From Woeseiaceae bacterium (GTDB lineage Bacteria > Pseudomonadota > Gammaproteobacteria > Steroidobacterales > Woeseiaceae), in NCBI GenBank assembly GCA_041553075.1, contig JBFEJR010000013.1, positions 4,567-68,566 of the forward strand: a stretch of 64,000 nt of DNA, given 5' to 3'. The notes under the pieces were generated by a model that had not been told where the DNA came from, did not search any database, and saw only the letters and a list, made by a program, of their open reading frames with translations. The translations under genes were made by a program, and so were the position numbers. Below, piece by piece: positions 20,582 through 29,022 of the stretch (the first letter of the stretch is position 1; each line of letters begins with the position of its first letter).

Positions 20582-21481
20582 ATGGATCGCGAATTCAGGC
20601 GCATTGCGTTGCTGGGCAGGCACACGGATTCCCGCGTGGCCGCGCCGATGCAGGCGCTCGCGCGACACCTGACCGCGGCCGGCTACGACGTAGCCGCCGC
20701 CGATACCCTCGGGCTGGACCTCGAAGCGCGGCGAGTCCCGGAAGAAGTGCTGTGCGAGGCGGCGGACCTGGCCATCGCCATCGGGGGCGACGGCACGATG
20801 CTGTACGCCAGCCGGCTCGTGCGACACACGGGCACGCCGATCCTCGGGGTTAACCGTGGGCGGCTCGGGTTTCTCGCCGACATCACGCCGGAGCAGATGA
20901 TCACGAGCGTCGACCAGGTACTGGCCGGCGAGTACCTGGAAGACCGGCGGATGCTGCTCGAGGCCAACCTGACACTGGCCGGCGGCGAGCGCTTCACCGC
21001 GCATGGCCTCAACGACGTCGTGGTGCAGCGCGGCGGCAAGGGCGGGATGGTCGATTTCTCGACACACGTTGCGCACCAGTACGTGAACACGCATTCCGGC
21101 GACGGCCTGATCGTGGCGACGCCGACGGGCTCGACCGCCTACGCGCTGAGCTGCGGCGGCCCGATCCTGGAACCGCATATCGAGGCCATCGCGCTGGTGC
21201 CGATCTGCCCGCACACGCTGACCGACCGGCCGATTGTCATCCCGGCGAGCCAGGTGATCGACATCAAGTTGCTGGAACGCGACGACACACGCGCCGAGGT
21301 GACGGTCGACGGTACCCATCTCGGGACCCTGCTGCCGGGCGACGCGTTGCGCGTCGCCGCGTCGGGCCAGTTCGTCACGATGCTGCACCCGCCAGGTCAT
21401 GATTTCTACAGCATCCTGCGGTCCAAGCTGTTCTGGGGCCGCGACAGCCGCAAGCGCGGGAACAACGAGCCGGGAACCTGA
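20582..21481 (+). CDS. nadK: NAD kinase
   Basis: Motifs ..DLAIAIGGDGTMLYASR.. and ..GSTAY.LS.GGPI..P... A 299-aa ORF. Confidence 0.93.
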   Translation: MDREFRRIALLGRHTDSRVAAPMQALARHLTAAGYDVAAADTLGLDLEARRVPEEVLCEAADLAIAIGGDGTMLYASRLVRHTGTPILGVNRGRLGFLADITPEQMITSVDQVLAGEYLEDRRMLLEANLTLAGGERFTAHGLNDVVVQRGGKGGMVDFSTHVAHQYVNTHSGDGLIVATPTGSTAYALSCGGPILEPHIEAIALVPICPHTLTDRPIVIPASQVIDIKLLERDDTRAEVTVDGTHLGTLLPGDALRVAASGQFVTMLHPPGHDFYSILRSKLFWGRDSRKRGNNEPGT

Positions 21482-21482
21482 C

Positions 21483-23165
21483 ATGCTGATGAACCTGCAG
21501 GTCCGCGACTTTGCGATCATCGATCGCATCGATATCGAGTTCGCTCCCGGCATGACGGTCCTGACCGGGGAAACCGGCGCCGGCAAATCGATCCTCGTGG
21601 ACGCCCTCGGCTACGTACTCGGCGACCGCGGCAGCGCCCAGCTCGTGCGTGACGGCGCCCGGCGGGCGGAATTCGCGGCCGAGTTCGACGTCAGCGCCCT
21701 GCCCGCCGCCACGGCATGGCTCGAGGAGCAGGCACTGGATCTCGAGGGCGACTGCCTGCTGCGCCGGGTCGTCGGCGCCGACGGCCGCTCGCGGGCCTTC
21801 ATCAATGGTAATGCCGTCCCGTTATCCCAGCTCAAGTCGCTGGGCGAGATGCTGCTGGACATCCACGGCCAGCACTTCCACCAGTCGCTCGGGCGGCGGG
21901 AGATCCAGCGCGATTTGCTCGACCATTTCGGCGGCCTGCTCGACGACCGCGCCGTCGTGGCGACGCATTTCATCGAGTGGCGGACGCTGACCGAGCGGCT
22001 CGACCAACTCCTGTCGGCCGAGGCGGACCGCGCGTCGCGCCTCGACCTGCTCACCTTCCAGCTCCAGGAACTGGACACCCTGGCGGTCTCTGCCGAGGAG
22101 TTCGCGGCGCTTGCCGCCGAACGTCAGAAGCTGCAGCACAGCGGCCGGCTTGCCGAAGGCGTCACGCTCGCACTCGAACAACTGTTCGACAGCGAGGCGG
22201 GCAACGCGAACAGCCACGTCGCCGACGCCGTCCGCTCATTGCGCCAACTGGCCGCTTACGATGCGGAACTCGAGCCCGTGGTCGAACTGCTCGAGACAGC
22301 AAACATCCAGGTTGCCGAGGCGGTCGATTCACTGCGCCGCTACGGCGATGACATCGACATGGACCCGGGCAGGCGGGACTGGGTCGAGGAACGCCTCGAC
22401 GCCATCCGGAACCTCACGCGCAAGCACCGCGTCGAGCCCGCTGAACTGGCGGAATTCGCCGAGCGGCTGCGGGCGGAACACGACGAGCTGAGCCACGCGG
22501 AGGAGCGCGGCAAGGAACTGGAGCAGCAGGCCGCGGCAGCCAAGGCCGAGTACCTGGAGCACGCCCGGGCGCTGTCCGATGCCCGCGGGGCTGCCGCGTC
22601 CCGGTTCGGCGCGGCGGTCACCGAGGCGATGCACGGCCTGGGCATGCCGGGCGGCGTGTTCGAGGTGTCGCTGGCGCGCCTCGACGAAGCCGCGGCGCGG
22701 CCGTGGGGCCTCGACGATATCGAGTTCCGCATCAGTGCGAATCCCGGGCAGGCACCGCAGGCGCTGGCCCGGGTGGCCTCGGGTGGCGAACTCTCGCGCA
22801 TGAGTCTTGCGATCCAGGTCATCGCGAGCGACGGCAGCGCCATCCCGACGATGGTTTTCGACGAAGTCGACAGCGGCGTCGGCGGCGGCGTAGCGGAGAT
22901 GGTCGGGCGGCGCCTGCAGGAACTCGGGGACAATCGGCAGGTCCTGTGTGTGACCCATCTACCCCAGGTCGCGAGCCTCGCTGACCAGCACTTTCGCATC
23001 AGCAAGGTATCCGACGGCAAGACAACCCGGACGCAGGTTCATTGCCTCTCGGGGGAGGAGCGCGTCGAAGAACTCGCGCGCATGCTCGGGGGCGTGGAAA
23101 TCACGCGCAAGACACTGGAGCACGCGGCCGAGATGCTCGCCGGTGCCCGCCGCAAGCGCGCCTAG
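21483..23165 (+). CDS. recN: DNA repair protein RecN
   Basis: MLMNLQVRDFAIIDRIDIEFAPGMTVLTGETGAGKSILVDAL.. and the C-terminal signature ..ASGGELSR..LA.. / ..VFDEVD.G.GG... The ATG at 21483 is preferred. Confidence 0.95.
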   Translation: MLMNLQVRDFAIIDRIDIEFAPGMTVLTGETGAGKSILVDALGYVLGDRGSAQLVRDGARRAEFAAEFDVSALPAATAWLEEQALDLEGDCLLRRVVGADGRSRAFINGNAVPLSQLKSLGEMLLDIHGQHFHQSLGRREIQRDLLDHFGGLLDDRAVVATHFIEWRTLTERLDQLLSAEADRASRLDLLTFQLQELDTLAVSAEEFAALAAERQKLQHSGRLAEGVTLALEQLFDSEAGNANSHVADAVRSLRQLAAYDAELEPVVELLETANIQVAEAVDSLRRYGDDIDMDPGRRDWVEERLDAIRNLTRKHRVEPAELAEFAERLRAEHDELSHAEERGKELEQQAAAAKAEYLEHARALSDARGAAASRFGAAVTEAMHGLGMPGGVFEVSLARLDEAAARPWGLDDIEFRISANPGQAPQALARVASGGELSRMSLAIQVIASDGSAIPTMVFDEVDSGVGGGVAEMVGRRLQELGDNRQVLCVTHLPQVASLADQHFRISKVSDGKTTRTQVHCLSGEERVEELARMLGGVEITRKTLEHAAEMLAGARRKRA

Positions 23166-23590
23166 TCGGCCTCGTCGCCCTTGCTCTTGACGTACAGGAC
23201 CAGGCTGTGGTCGATCAGCTCGTAGCCGTATTCCGCGGCAATTTCGTGCTGCAGGCGCTCGATCTCCTCGTTAACGAACTCGATTACCTGGCCGGAGTCG
23301 ACGCATACCATGTGATCGTGATGCTCACCGTCGTCGAGTTCGAACACGGAATGGCCGCCCTCGAAATTGTGCCTGGTCACGAGCCCGGCGGACTCGAACT
23401 GGGTCAGGACCCGGTAGACGGTGGCCAGGCCGATGTCCTCGCCCGAGTTCAGCAGCTCCTTGTAAATGTCCTCCGCGCTCATGTGCCGATCCCGTGCCGC
23501 CTCGAGGATTTCGAGGATTTTCAGGCGCGGCAGGGTGATCTTCAGACCGGCGTTGCGCAGTTCTTTTCGTTGCTGCATGAACAAACTCAT
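23162..23590 (-). CDS. fur: Ferric uptake regulator
   Basis: Motifs ..LRNAGLKITLPRLKILEIL.......H.SAEDIY..L......IGLATVYRVL.QFE.AG.V.RHNFEGG.SVFEL and HHDH.VC... Confidence 0.93.
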   Translation of the reverse strand: MSLFMQQRKELRNAGLKITLPRLKILEILEAARDRHMSAEDIYKELLNSGEDIGLATVYRVLTQFESAGLVTRHNFEGGHSVFELDDGEHHDHMVCVDSGQVIEFVNEEIERLQHEIAAEYGYELIDHSLVLYVKSKGDEAD

Positions 23591-23638
23591 TCAGGGTATG
23601 ATGCGCGCCTATTATGACGCAGGTGGCAGCCGGACTCT

Positions 23639-23971
23639 ATGACTAAGAAAAACTGGACCGTTTTCCTGGTGCTGACATTCGCCCTGGCGCTCGGCAGCGG
23701 CTGCGTCTATCGCTCCAATATCGCGCAGGGCAATCTCGTCAAGGAAGAGGACCTCGCGCAGCTCGAGGTCGGCATGACGCGCAACCAGGTGCGGTTCCTG
23801 CTCGGTACGCCGATGGTAGCCGACCCGTTCCACCACAACCGCTGGGACTACGTCTATTACCTCAAGCTCGGCCGCCGGGAAGCCGTGGCCAAGCGCTGGG
23901 TCTCGGTCTTCTTTACCGACGACGTCGTCAGCGAGATCCGCAAGGACCAGGAACTAGCTCCCGGCCTTTAG
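23639..23971 (+). CDS. bamE: Outer-membrane assembly lipoprotein BamE (SmpA/OmlA)
   Basis: Lipobox ..LALGSGC, then ..YR..I.QGN......L..L..GMT..QV...LGTP...DPFH..RWDYVYY... The fur-bamE adjacency is typical. Confidence 0.88.
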   Translation: MTKKNWTVFLVLTFALALGSGCVYRSNIAQGNLVKEEDLAQLEVGMTRNQVRFLLGTPMVADPFHHNRWDYVYYLKLGRREAVAKRWVSVFFTDDVVSEIRKDQELAPGL

Positions 23972-24220
23972 TCGCCGCGCCTCGCGTGGGTCCATCTCGA
24001 GCGGCCGGTAGAGCTCTACCCGCTCGCCCTCCTCGAGTACCCGGTCGCGGCTGACGGGCCTACCCCAGATGCCGGCCTGCAGGCTGTCGAACCTCACCCC
24101 GGGAAAGCGCAGGGCCAGCCCGCTGCGTGCGATCGCCTCCGCAACCGTGGCGCCAGCGGGCAGCTCGACCGACTCGAGAAACTGCACGCGCGGCAGCGCA
24201 AACGCGACTTCAACCCGCAT
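23954..24220 (-). CDS. ratB: RnfH/RatB family (UPF0125) protein
   Basis: An 88-aa protein starting at the internal ATG 24220 of ORF 23954..24592: MRVEVAFALP..Q....VELP.GATV.EAI..SG.......VRF......GIWGR.V..D..L..G.RVE.YRPL..DP.EARR... It lies downstream of ratA as in E. coli. Confidence 0.84.
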   Translation of the reverse strand: MRVEVAFALPRVQFLESVELPAGATVAEAIARSGLALRFPGVRFDSLQAGIWGRPVSRDRVLEEGERVELYRPLEMDPREARRLKAGS

Positions 24221-24644
24221 AGATCTGCGCGGCGCGCCGCGTAAACGAGTCGACGAGCGTATTGCAGGTGTGTTCGAAAAAACGCCCGAGGACGATGTCC
24301 GTCGCCCGGTTCTCGAACTCGAACTCGAGGTCGAGTTCGACCCGGCTGCCGGCCTCGCCGAGCTGGGCGAACGTCCAGCCGCCCGACAGGCGCCTGAAGG
24401 GCCCCCCGACCAGCTCGATTCCAAGAAACTCGTTTTCCCGCAATACGTTACGGGTGCGAAAGCGCTTGCTGACGCGGCCGCGGCGCAACCCCAGGGAGGC
24501 CTCGATGACATCGGCCTCGCGGATGTGGACTTCGGCTTCGTTGCACCAGGGCAGGAACGACGGGTAAGACTCGACGTCCTTGACCAGCGCATACATCTGG
24601 GCCGCCGAATACGGCACGAGTGCGCTGCGATTGACCTTGCGCAT
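24210..24644 (-). CDS. ratA: SRPBCC/COQ10-like protein RatA (YfjG)
   Basis: A 144-aa ORF: ..V.YSA.QMY.LV.DVE.YP.FLPWC....V......V.A.L......K.F.TRN... Its neighbourhood with ratB, smpB and bamE is conserved. Confidence 0.87.
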   Translation of the reverse strand: MRKVNRSALVPYSAAQMYALVKDVESYPSFLPWCNEAEVHIREADVIEASLGLRRGRVSKRFRTRNVLRENEFLGIELVGGPFRRLSGGWTFAQLGEAGSRVELDLEFEFENRATDIVLGRFFEHTCNTLVDSFTRRAAQIYAG

Positions 24645-24660
24645 GCGCCCCGAACAGCCC

Positions 24661-26061
24661 CTACCCGAGCTTCGCGACGATCCAGTCGAGGATGCCCACG
24701 GCCTTGATCAGGACGAACAGGATACCGACCGGGGCGATGAACCGGGCCGCGAAGCGCCAGACCTTGTAGACGGCGCCCGATCCACCGAGCTCGTCGGCCG
24801 TCGAGTTACGGCACATGATCCAGCCCGCGAAGATCGTGATCAGCAGCCCGCCGAGCGGCAGCAGGATGTTACTGGTGAGGAAATCGACATTGTCGAAGAT
24901 CGTGCCGGCGAGGAACCTGACATCGGCCAGCACGTTGAACGAGAGGACCGAGCCGAAGCCGAGCAGCCAGATCAGCAGGCCCACGCCGACCGTCGCCTGC
25001 GCGCGGGTCTTGCTGAAGTGCTCCACTATCCATGCGACCGCGGGCTCCATGAGCCCGATCGCCGAGGTCCACGCGGCAAAGGACAGCAACAGGAAGAAGA
25101 TCGTCGAGAAGAAGACGCCCCCTGCCATTTGCCCGAAAGCGAGCGGCAAGGTATTGAACACGAGCCCCGGACCATCCGCCGGCGTCAGGCCGTTCGCGAA
25201 CACGAGCGGGAAAATGGCGAGGCCGGCCAGCATCGCGATCGCCGTATCCGCAGTAACCACCGCGCCCGACGCGCCGGTAATCGACGTCTCTTCGGGCAGG
25301 TAGGCACCGTAGGCCATGACGGCCCCCATGCCGATGCTCAGCGTGAAAAACGCCTGCCCGAGCGCTGCGAGCACGCTCGTCCAGGTCAGCTTGTCGAAGT
25401 CGGGCGTGAACATGAAGGCGACGCCCTGCCCGAAATAGCCAGAGTTGATCGAGTAGCCGAGCAGCACCAGCATCAGCACCAACAGGGCCGGCACCATGAA
25501 GCGCACGGCTTGCTCGAGCCCGCGCTCCACGCCGCGAGCGACGACAAAGACCGACAGGCCCATGAAGATCGTGTGCGTCAGCGCCACCAGGCGCCAGTCG
25601 CCGGTAAAGCGCGAAAACTCGGCGCCGACCTCTTGCGGTCCGGCGCCGGCGAACACGCCAGTGACGCTTTTCAGCATGTAGGCCAGCGTCCAGCCCGCGA
25701 TGACGCTGTAATAGGACAGGATCAGGATGCCCGCGACGACCCCCATACCGCCAACCCATTTCCAGCGGGAGGTACTGCCCTCTTCCTGGCCGAGCAGGCC
25801 CATTGTCGCAACCGGGTTGCGGCGCCCGCGACGGCCGATCAGGATCTCGGACATCATGACGGGCATGCCGATGGCAACTACGCAGACCAGGTACACGAGC
25901 ACAAACGCCCCGCCGCCGTTCTGCCCGGCTATGTAGGGGAACTTCCAGATATTGCCGAGGCCCACCGCGGAGCCCGTCACGGCCAGGATAAAAGCCATCC
26001 GTGACGACCAGTTGCCGTGCAGGGAACTGCGTTTGCCGTCGTCGGCCGGGTTACTCAGCAT
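24661..26061 (-). CDS. Sodium-dependent transporter, NSS/SNF family
   Basis: Signature ..[35 protein letters not shown].. and about 11-12 hydrophobic segments. The ATG at 26061 is chosen because the longer ORF would overlap the smpB promoter and gene. Confidence 0.9.
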   Translation of the reverse strand: MLSNPADDGKRSSLHGNWSSRMAFILAVTGSAVGLGNIWKFPYIAGQNGGGAFVLVYLVCVVAIGMPVMMSEILIGRRGRRNPVATMGLLGQEEGSTSRWKWVGGMGVVAGILILSYYSVIAGWTLAYMLKSVTGVFAGAGPQEVGAEFSRFTGDWRLVALTHTIFMGLSVFVVARGVERGLEQAVRFMVPALLVLMLVLLGYSINSGYFGQGVAFMFTPDFDKLTWTSVLAALGQAFFTLSIGMGAVMAYGAYLPEETSITGASGAVVTADTAIAMLAGLAIFPLVFANGLTPADGPGLVFNTLPLAFGQMAGGVFFSTIFFLLLSFAAWTSAIGLMEPAVAWIVEHFSKTRAQATVGVGLLIWLLGFGSVLSFNVLADVRFLAGTIFDNVDFLTSNILLPLGGLLITIFAGWIMCRNSTADELGGSGAVYKVWRFAARFIAPVGILFVLIKAVGILDWIVAKLG

Positions 26062-26110
26062 GAAAGGTCTCTGCAGCGCACACAATCCGGCGATTCTTAT
26101 ACAAAAGACC

Positions 26111-26138
26111 GTGCCATACAACGCTTTGCCCGTATAAT
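26111..26138 (+). promoter_or_regulatory. Candidate sigma-70 promoter for smpB
   Basis: A perfect TATAAT at 26133-26138, which is rare in this GC-rich window. GTGCCA lies 16 nt upstream, and the element is about 35 nt before the smpB ATG. Confidence 0.35.
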
Positions 26139-26172
26139 CCGCTCGCAACGCAAGGGCCGACGCCATCTCCTC

Positions 26173-26646
26173 ATGGGCAAAAAGAAAGCGAAAAAAACAG
26201 CCGGTAACACCATCGCCGTCAATCGGCGGGCACGCCACGACTACTTCATCGAGGACCGCCTGGAGGCCGGGCTGGCACTGGAGGGCTGGGAGGTGAAGAG
26301 CCTGCGTGCAGGCAATGCCCAGCTGACCGAAGCCTACGTCATCCTGAAGAAAGGCGAGGCCTGGCTCGTCGGTGCGCACCTGGCGCCGCTACGCAGCACC
26401 TCGACGCACGTCACGGCGGACCCCGCGCGCGACCGCAAGCTGCTGCTGCACCGGCACGAGCTCGACCGGCTGACGGGCGCGGTCGAGCGCAAGGGCTACG
26501 CCCTGGTGCCCCTCGACCTGCACTGGCACAAGGGGCGCGCCAAGTTGACGGTCGGCCTCGGCAAAGGCAAGAAACAGCACGACAAGCGCGCCGATCGCAA
26601 GGATCGCGACTGGCAGCGCCAGAAGGAGCGAATCCTGAAACATTAG
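26173..26646 (+). CDS. smpB: SsrA-binding protein SmpB
   Basis: [36 protein letters not shown]...L.EAY... The ATG at 26173 is preferred. It lies directly upstream of the tmRNA. Confidence 0.95.
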   Translation: MGKKKAKKTAGNTIAVNRRARHDYFIEDRLEAGLALEGWEVKSLRAGNAQLTEAYVILKKGEAWLVGAHLAPLRSTSTHVTADPARDRKLLLHRHELDRLTGAVERKGYALVPLDLHWHKGRAKLTVGLGKGKKQHDKRADRKDRDWQRQKERILKH

Positions 26647-26762
26647 TTATTATTCATAAACTTAGGTTATTTACTTAAAGTAAATTGTTCTAACAAGAAC
26701 CGCTGAATTCTGTCGATTGTGCATTGTATTTGCGCCGCCAACCCCTACACTAGGACGCACAC

Positions 26763-27124
26763 GGGGGTGACCTGGCTTCGACGTGGGTCGCGAAACTCCG
26801 AGTGCATGCCGAGGGACAGGTGACCTCGTTAATCCAGCTGTAAAACTTATAGTTGCCAACGACGACAACTACGCACTAGCTGCTTAAAACCCAGCCTAGC
26901 GCCTTCCGCCCGGACCGTGCCTGTGCGTCCGGATCCCGGGAGTCACCGACACAGGACCGCGGTGAAGGCATGTCCAGGGCCCGACCCGTTAAATCCTTGC
27001 TGGACTGGCTGTGAGTCTTCCCTGCCCGTCGGGTAGCTCGCAGCGAGATTAAAGACGGTATAAGCATGTAGACCTCGTAGCGGAGGACTTGCGGACGCGA
27101 GTTCGATTCTCGCCACCTCCACCA
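26763..27124 (+). ncRNA. ssrA: tmRNA (SsrA), one-piece; tag ANDDNYALAA
   Basis: The 5' GGGGGTG pairs with the 3' CACCTCC-A-CCA, including the G3:U alanine identity pair. The 5' GGGGGTGACCTGGCTTCGACGTGGG and the 3' T-arm GGACGCGAGTTCGATTCTCGCC are typical. The tag reading frame is GCC AAC GAC GAC AAC TAC GCA CTA GCT GCT TAA at 26855-26887. Confidence 0.95.
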
Positions 27125-27133
27125 ACACGCGAA

Positions 27134-27162
27134 GGCTCGCCCAACGGGCGGGCCTTTTTTTT
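27134..27162 (+). terminator. Rho-independent terminator of ssrA
   Basis: GGCTCGCCC-aac-GGGCGGGCC followed by T8. It lies immediately after the tmRNA 3' end. Confidence 0.75.
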
Positions 27163-27173
27163 GAGGAAGAGCG

Positions 27174-28448
27174 ATGAAAGACGAAACGCTGGCGATTCAT
27201 GCCGGGTTCAAAGCCGACCCGGCGACCAAGGCGGTAGCCGTCCCGATCTACCAGACCGTGGCCTACGAGTTCGACGACGCGCAGCACGGCGCCGACCTGT
27301 TCAACCTGGCCGTGCAGGGCAATATCTACACGCGCATCATGAACCCGACGACCGACGTGCTGGAACAACGGTGCGCCCAGCTCGAGGAGGGAGTCGCCGC
27401 GCTGGCCCTGAGCGCCGGCAGCGCCGCGGTCAATTACTCGATTCTCAATATTGCGGAGCAAGGCGACAACATCGTGACGGTACCGCTGCTCTACGGCGGC
27501 ACCTACACCCTGTTCAAGCACATGCTGCCACGACAGGGCATCGAGGTGCGCTTCGGGGCGGACGACAGTATCCCCGCGCTGGCCAGCCTGATCGATGACA
27601 AGACCCAGGCGATCTTCTGCGAATCCATCGGTAACCCGGCCGGCAACATTGTCGATATCGAAGCACTGGCGAATCTCGCGCACGAGAACGGTGTGCCGCT
27701 GATTGTCGACAACACGGTTGCGACGCCTGTCCTGATCAAACCAATCGCGTGGGGCGCGGACGTGGTCGTCAATTCACTGACGAAATACATCGCCGGGCAC
27801 GGCAACTCGCTGGGGGGCGTCATCGTCGACGGCGGCGAATTCCCGTGGGCCGACCACGCGAGGAAGTTCCACATGCTCACCGAGCCGGAAGCCTCGTACC
27901 ACGGCGTCGTCTACACCGAGGCACTCGGTGCCGCTGCCTACATCGGCCGCGTCCGCACGGTCGCGCTGCGAAATACCGGGTCGGCACTGAGCCCGATGAA
28001 TGCGTTCCTGATTTTGCAGGGTATACAGACCTTGCCGCTGCGCATGGAGCGCCATTGCGACAACGCCCTCGCGGTCGCCCGCTACCTGCAGGAGCATCCG
28101 CGGGTCGCGTGGGTCAGCTTCGCGGGCCTGCCGGACTCGCCTTATTACGACCTGGCGCAGAAGTACACGAACGGCAGGCCGTCCGCGTTGATGACGTTCG
28201 GCATCAAGGGCGGGTTCGAGGCCGGCGTCAAGTTCTACGACGCGTTGCGCTTGTTCCTGCGGCTCGTCAACATCGGCGATACCAAGTCGCTGGCGGCGCA
28301 CCCGGCGTCAACGACCCATCGGCAGCTATCGGAGCAGGAGCTCGACGCGGCGGGCGTCAGCCCCGATATGATCAGGCTGTGCATCGGCATCGAGCATATC
28401 GACGACATCATCGCCGACCTCGACCAGGCACTCGCCGCCTCGGCCTAG
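27174..28448 (+). CDS. metY: O-acetylhomoserine sulfhydrylase (PLP-dependent)
   Basis: MKDETLAIHAG...DP.T.A.AVPIYQT.AY.FDD..H.A.LF.L...GNIYTRIMNPT.. and the PLP-lysine region SLTKYIAGHG. Confidence 0.92.
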   Translation: MKDETLAIHAGFKADPATKAVAVPIYQTVAYEFDDAQHGADLFNLAVQGNIYTRIMNPTTDVLEQRCAQLEEGVAALALSAGSAAVNYSILNIAEQGDNIVTVPLLYGGTYTLFKHMLPRQGIEVRFGADDSIPALASLIDDKTQAIFCESIGNPAGNIVDIEALANLAHENGVPLIVDNTVATPVLIKPIAWGADVVVNSLTKYIAGHGNSLGGVIVDGGEFPWADHARKFHMLTEPEASYHGVVYTEALGAAAYIGRVRTVALRNTGSALSPMNAFLILQGIQTLPLRMERHCDNALAVARYLQEHPRVAWVSFAGLPDSPYYDLAQKYTNGRPSALMTFGIKGGFEAGVKFYDALRLFLRLVNIGDTKSLAAHPASTTHRQLSEQELDAAGVSPDMIRLCIGIEHIDDIIADLDQALAASA

Positions 28449-28474
28449 CAGGTACCGCGGCAGCGGCTCGGGCG

Positions 28475-29005
28475 CTACTGCCCGCCCGCTTCGTCGATGG
28501 CGCTGCGGACTTTGTCCTCGAGGCTCGTCAGGCCACGGTCCCTGCCCGTCTGGATAGCCTGTTCGGCATCGCCGGACTTGGCGAACTCGCGCAGGGCGAG
28601 GAGCGCACCCACGCGGTTGCCGCTGCCACAGTGCAGCAACACGGGCTCGTCGTATTGCTGCAGGAGCGTGTCGAGCTCCGCCGCCTTGTCGAAGGTGATG
28701 TCGTCGCCGCCGATCGGGAACGCGACGTACTCCATGCCCAGCGACGTGACGGTCGCGGGTTCATCGAGTCCGCGATCTTCTCCGGCCGTCCGCATGTCGA
28801 TAACCGCGGCGTAGCCGCTCGAGGCAAATACTCCCAGGGCCGCGGCATCGGGCTGCCCGGCTGCGGTCAGCCCGTCAACGGGGCTGACCCGCCCCTGTTC
28901 AACAACCTGCCCGAGATCGGCCTTGGCGGGCCCGGTCGATTCGCAACCGGCCAACGCCAGCCCGCCGGCCAGCAGCAGCAACGCGATCAGCTTTTGCATT
29001 TTCAT
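28475..29005 (-). CDS. Lipoprotein with DUF442/PTP-like HCx5R motif
   Basis: Lipobox LALAGC plus an HCGSGNR (Cx5R) P-loop. The overall length and pattern recall the TIGR01244/DUF442 family (from memory). Confidence 0.65.
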   Translation of the reverse strand: MKMQKLIALLLLAGGLALAGCESTGPAKADLGQVVEQGRVSPVDGLTAAGQPDAAALGVFASSGYAAVIDMRTAGEDRGLDEPATVTSLGMEYVAFPIGGDDITFDKAAELDTLLQQYDEPVLLHCGSGNRVGALLALREFAKSGDAEQAIQTGRDRGLTSLEDKVRSAIDEAGGQ

Positions 29006-29022
29006 GCTCTCCCGCGAGTACC

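Noticed and set aside
23954-24644. ratA-ratB as a toxin-antitoxin module.
   Set aside because: The proteins are the conserved SRPBCC/COQ10-like and RnfH-like housekeeping pair in their ancestral bamE/smpB neighbourhood. The gene order, sizes and lack of a DNA-binding antitoxin do not fit a mobile TA cassette.
27125-29005. Genomic island integrated at the tmRNA 3' end, since ssrA is a classic integration site.
   Set aside because: ssrA is followed by its own terminator and then directly by metY. There is no integrase, no direct repeat of the tmRNA 3' end, and no compositional break.
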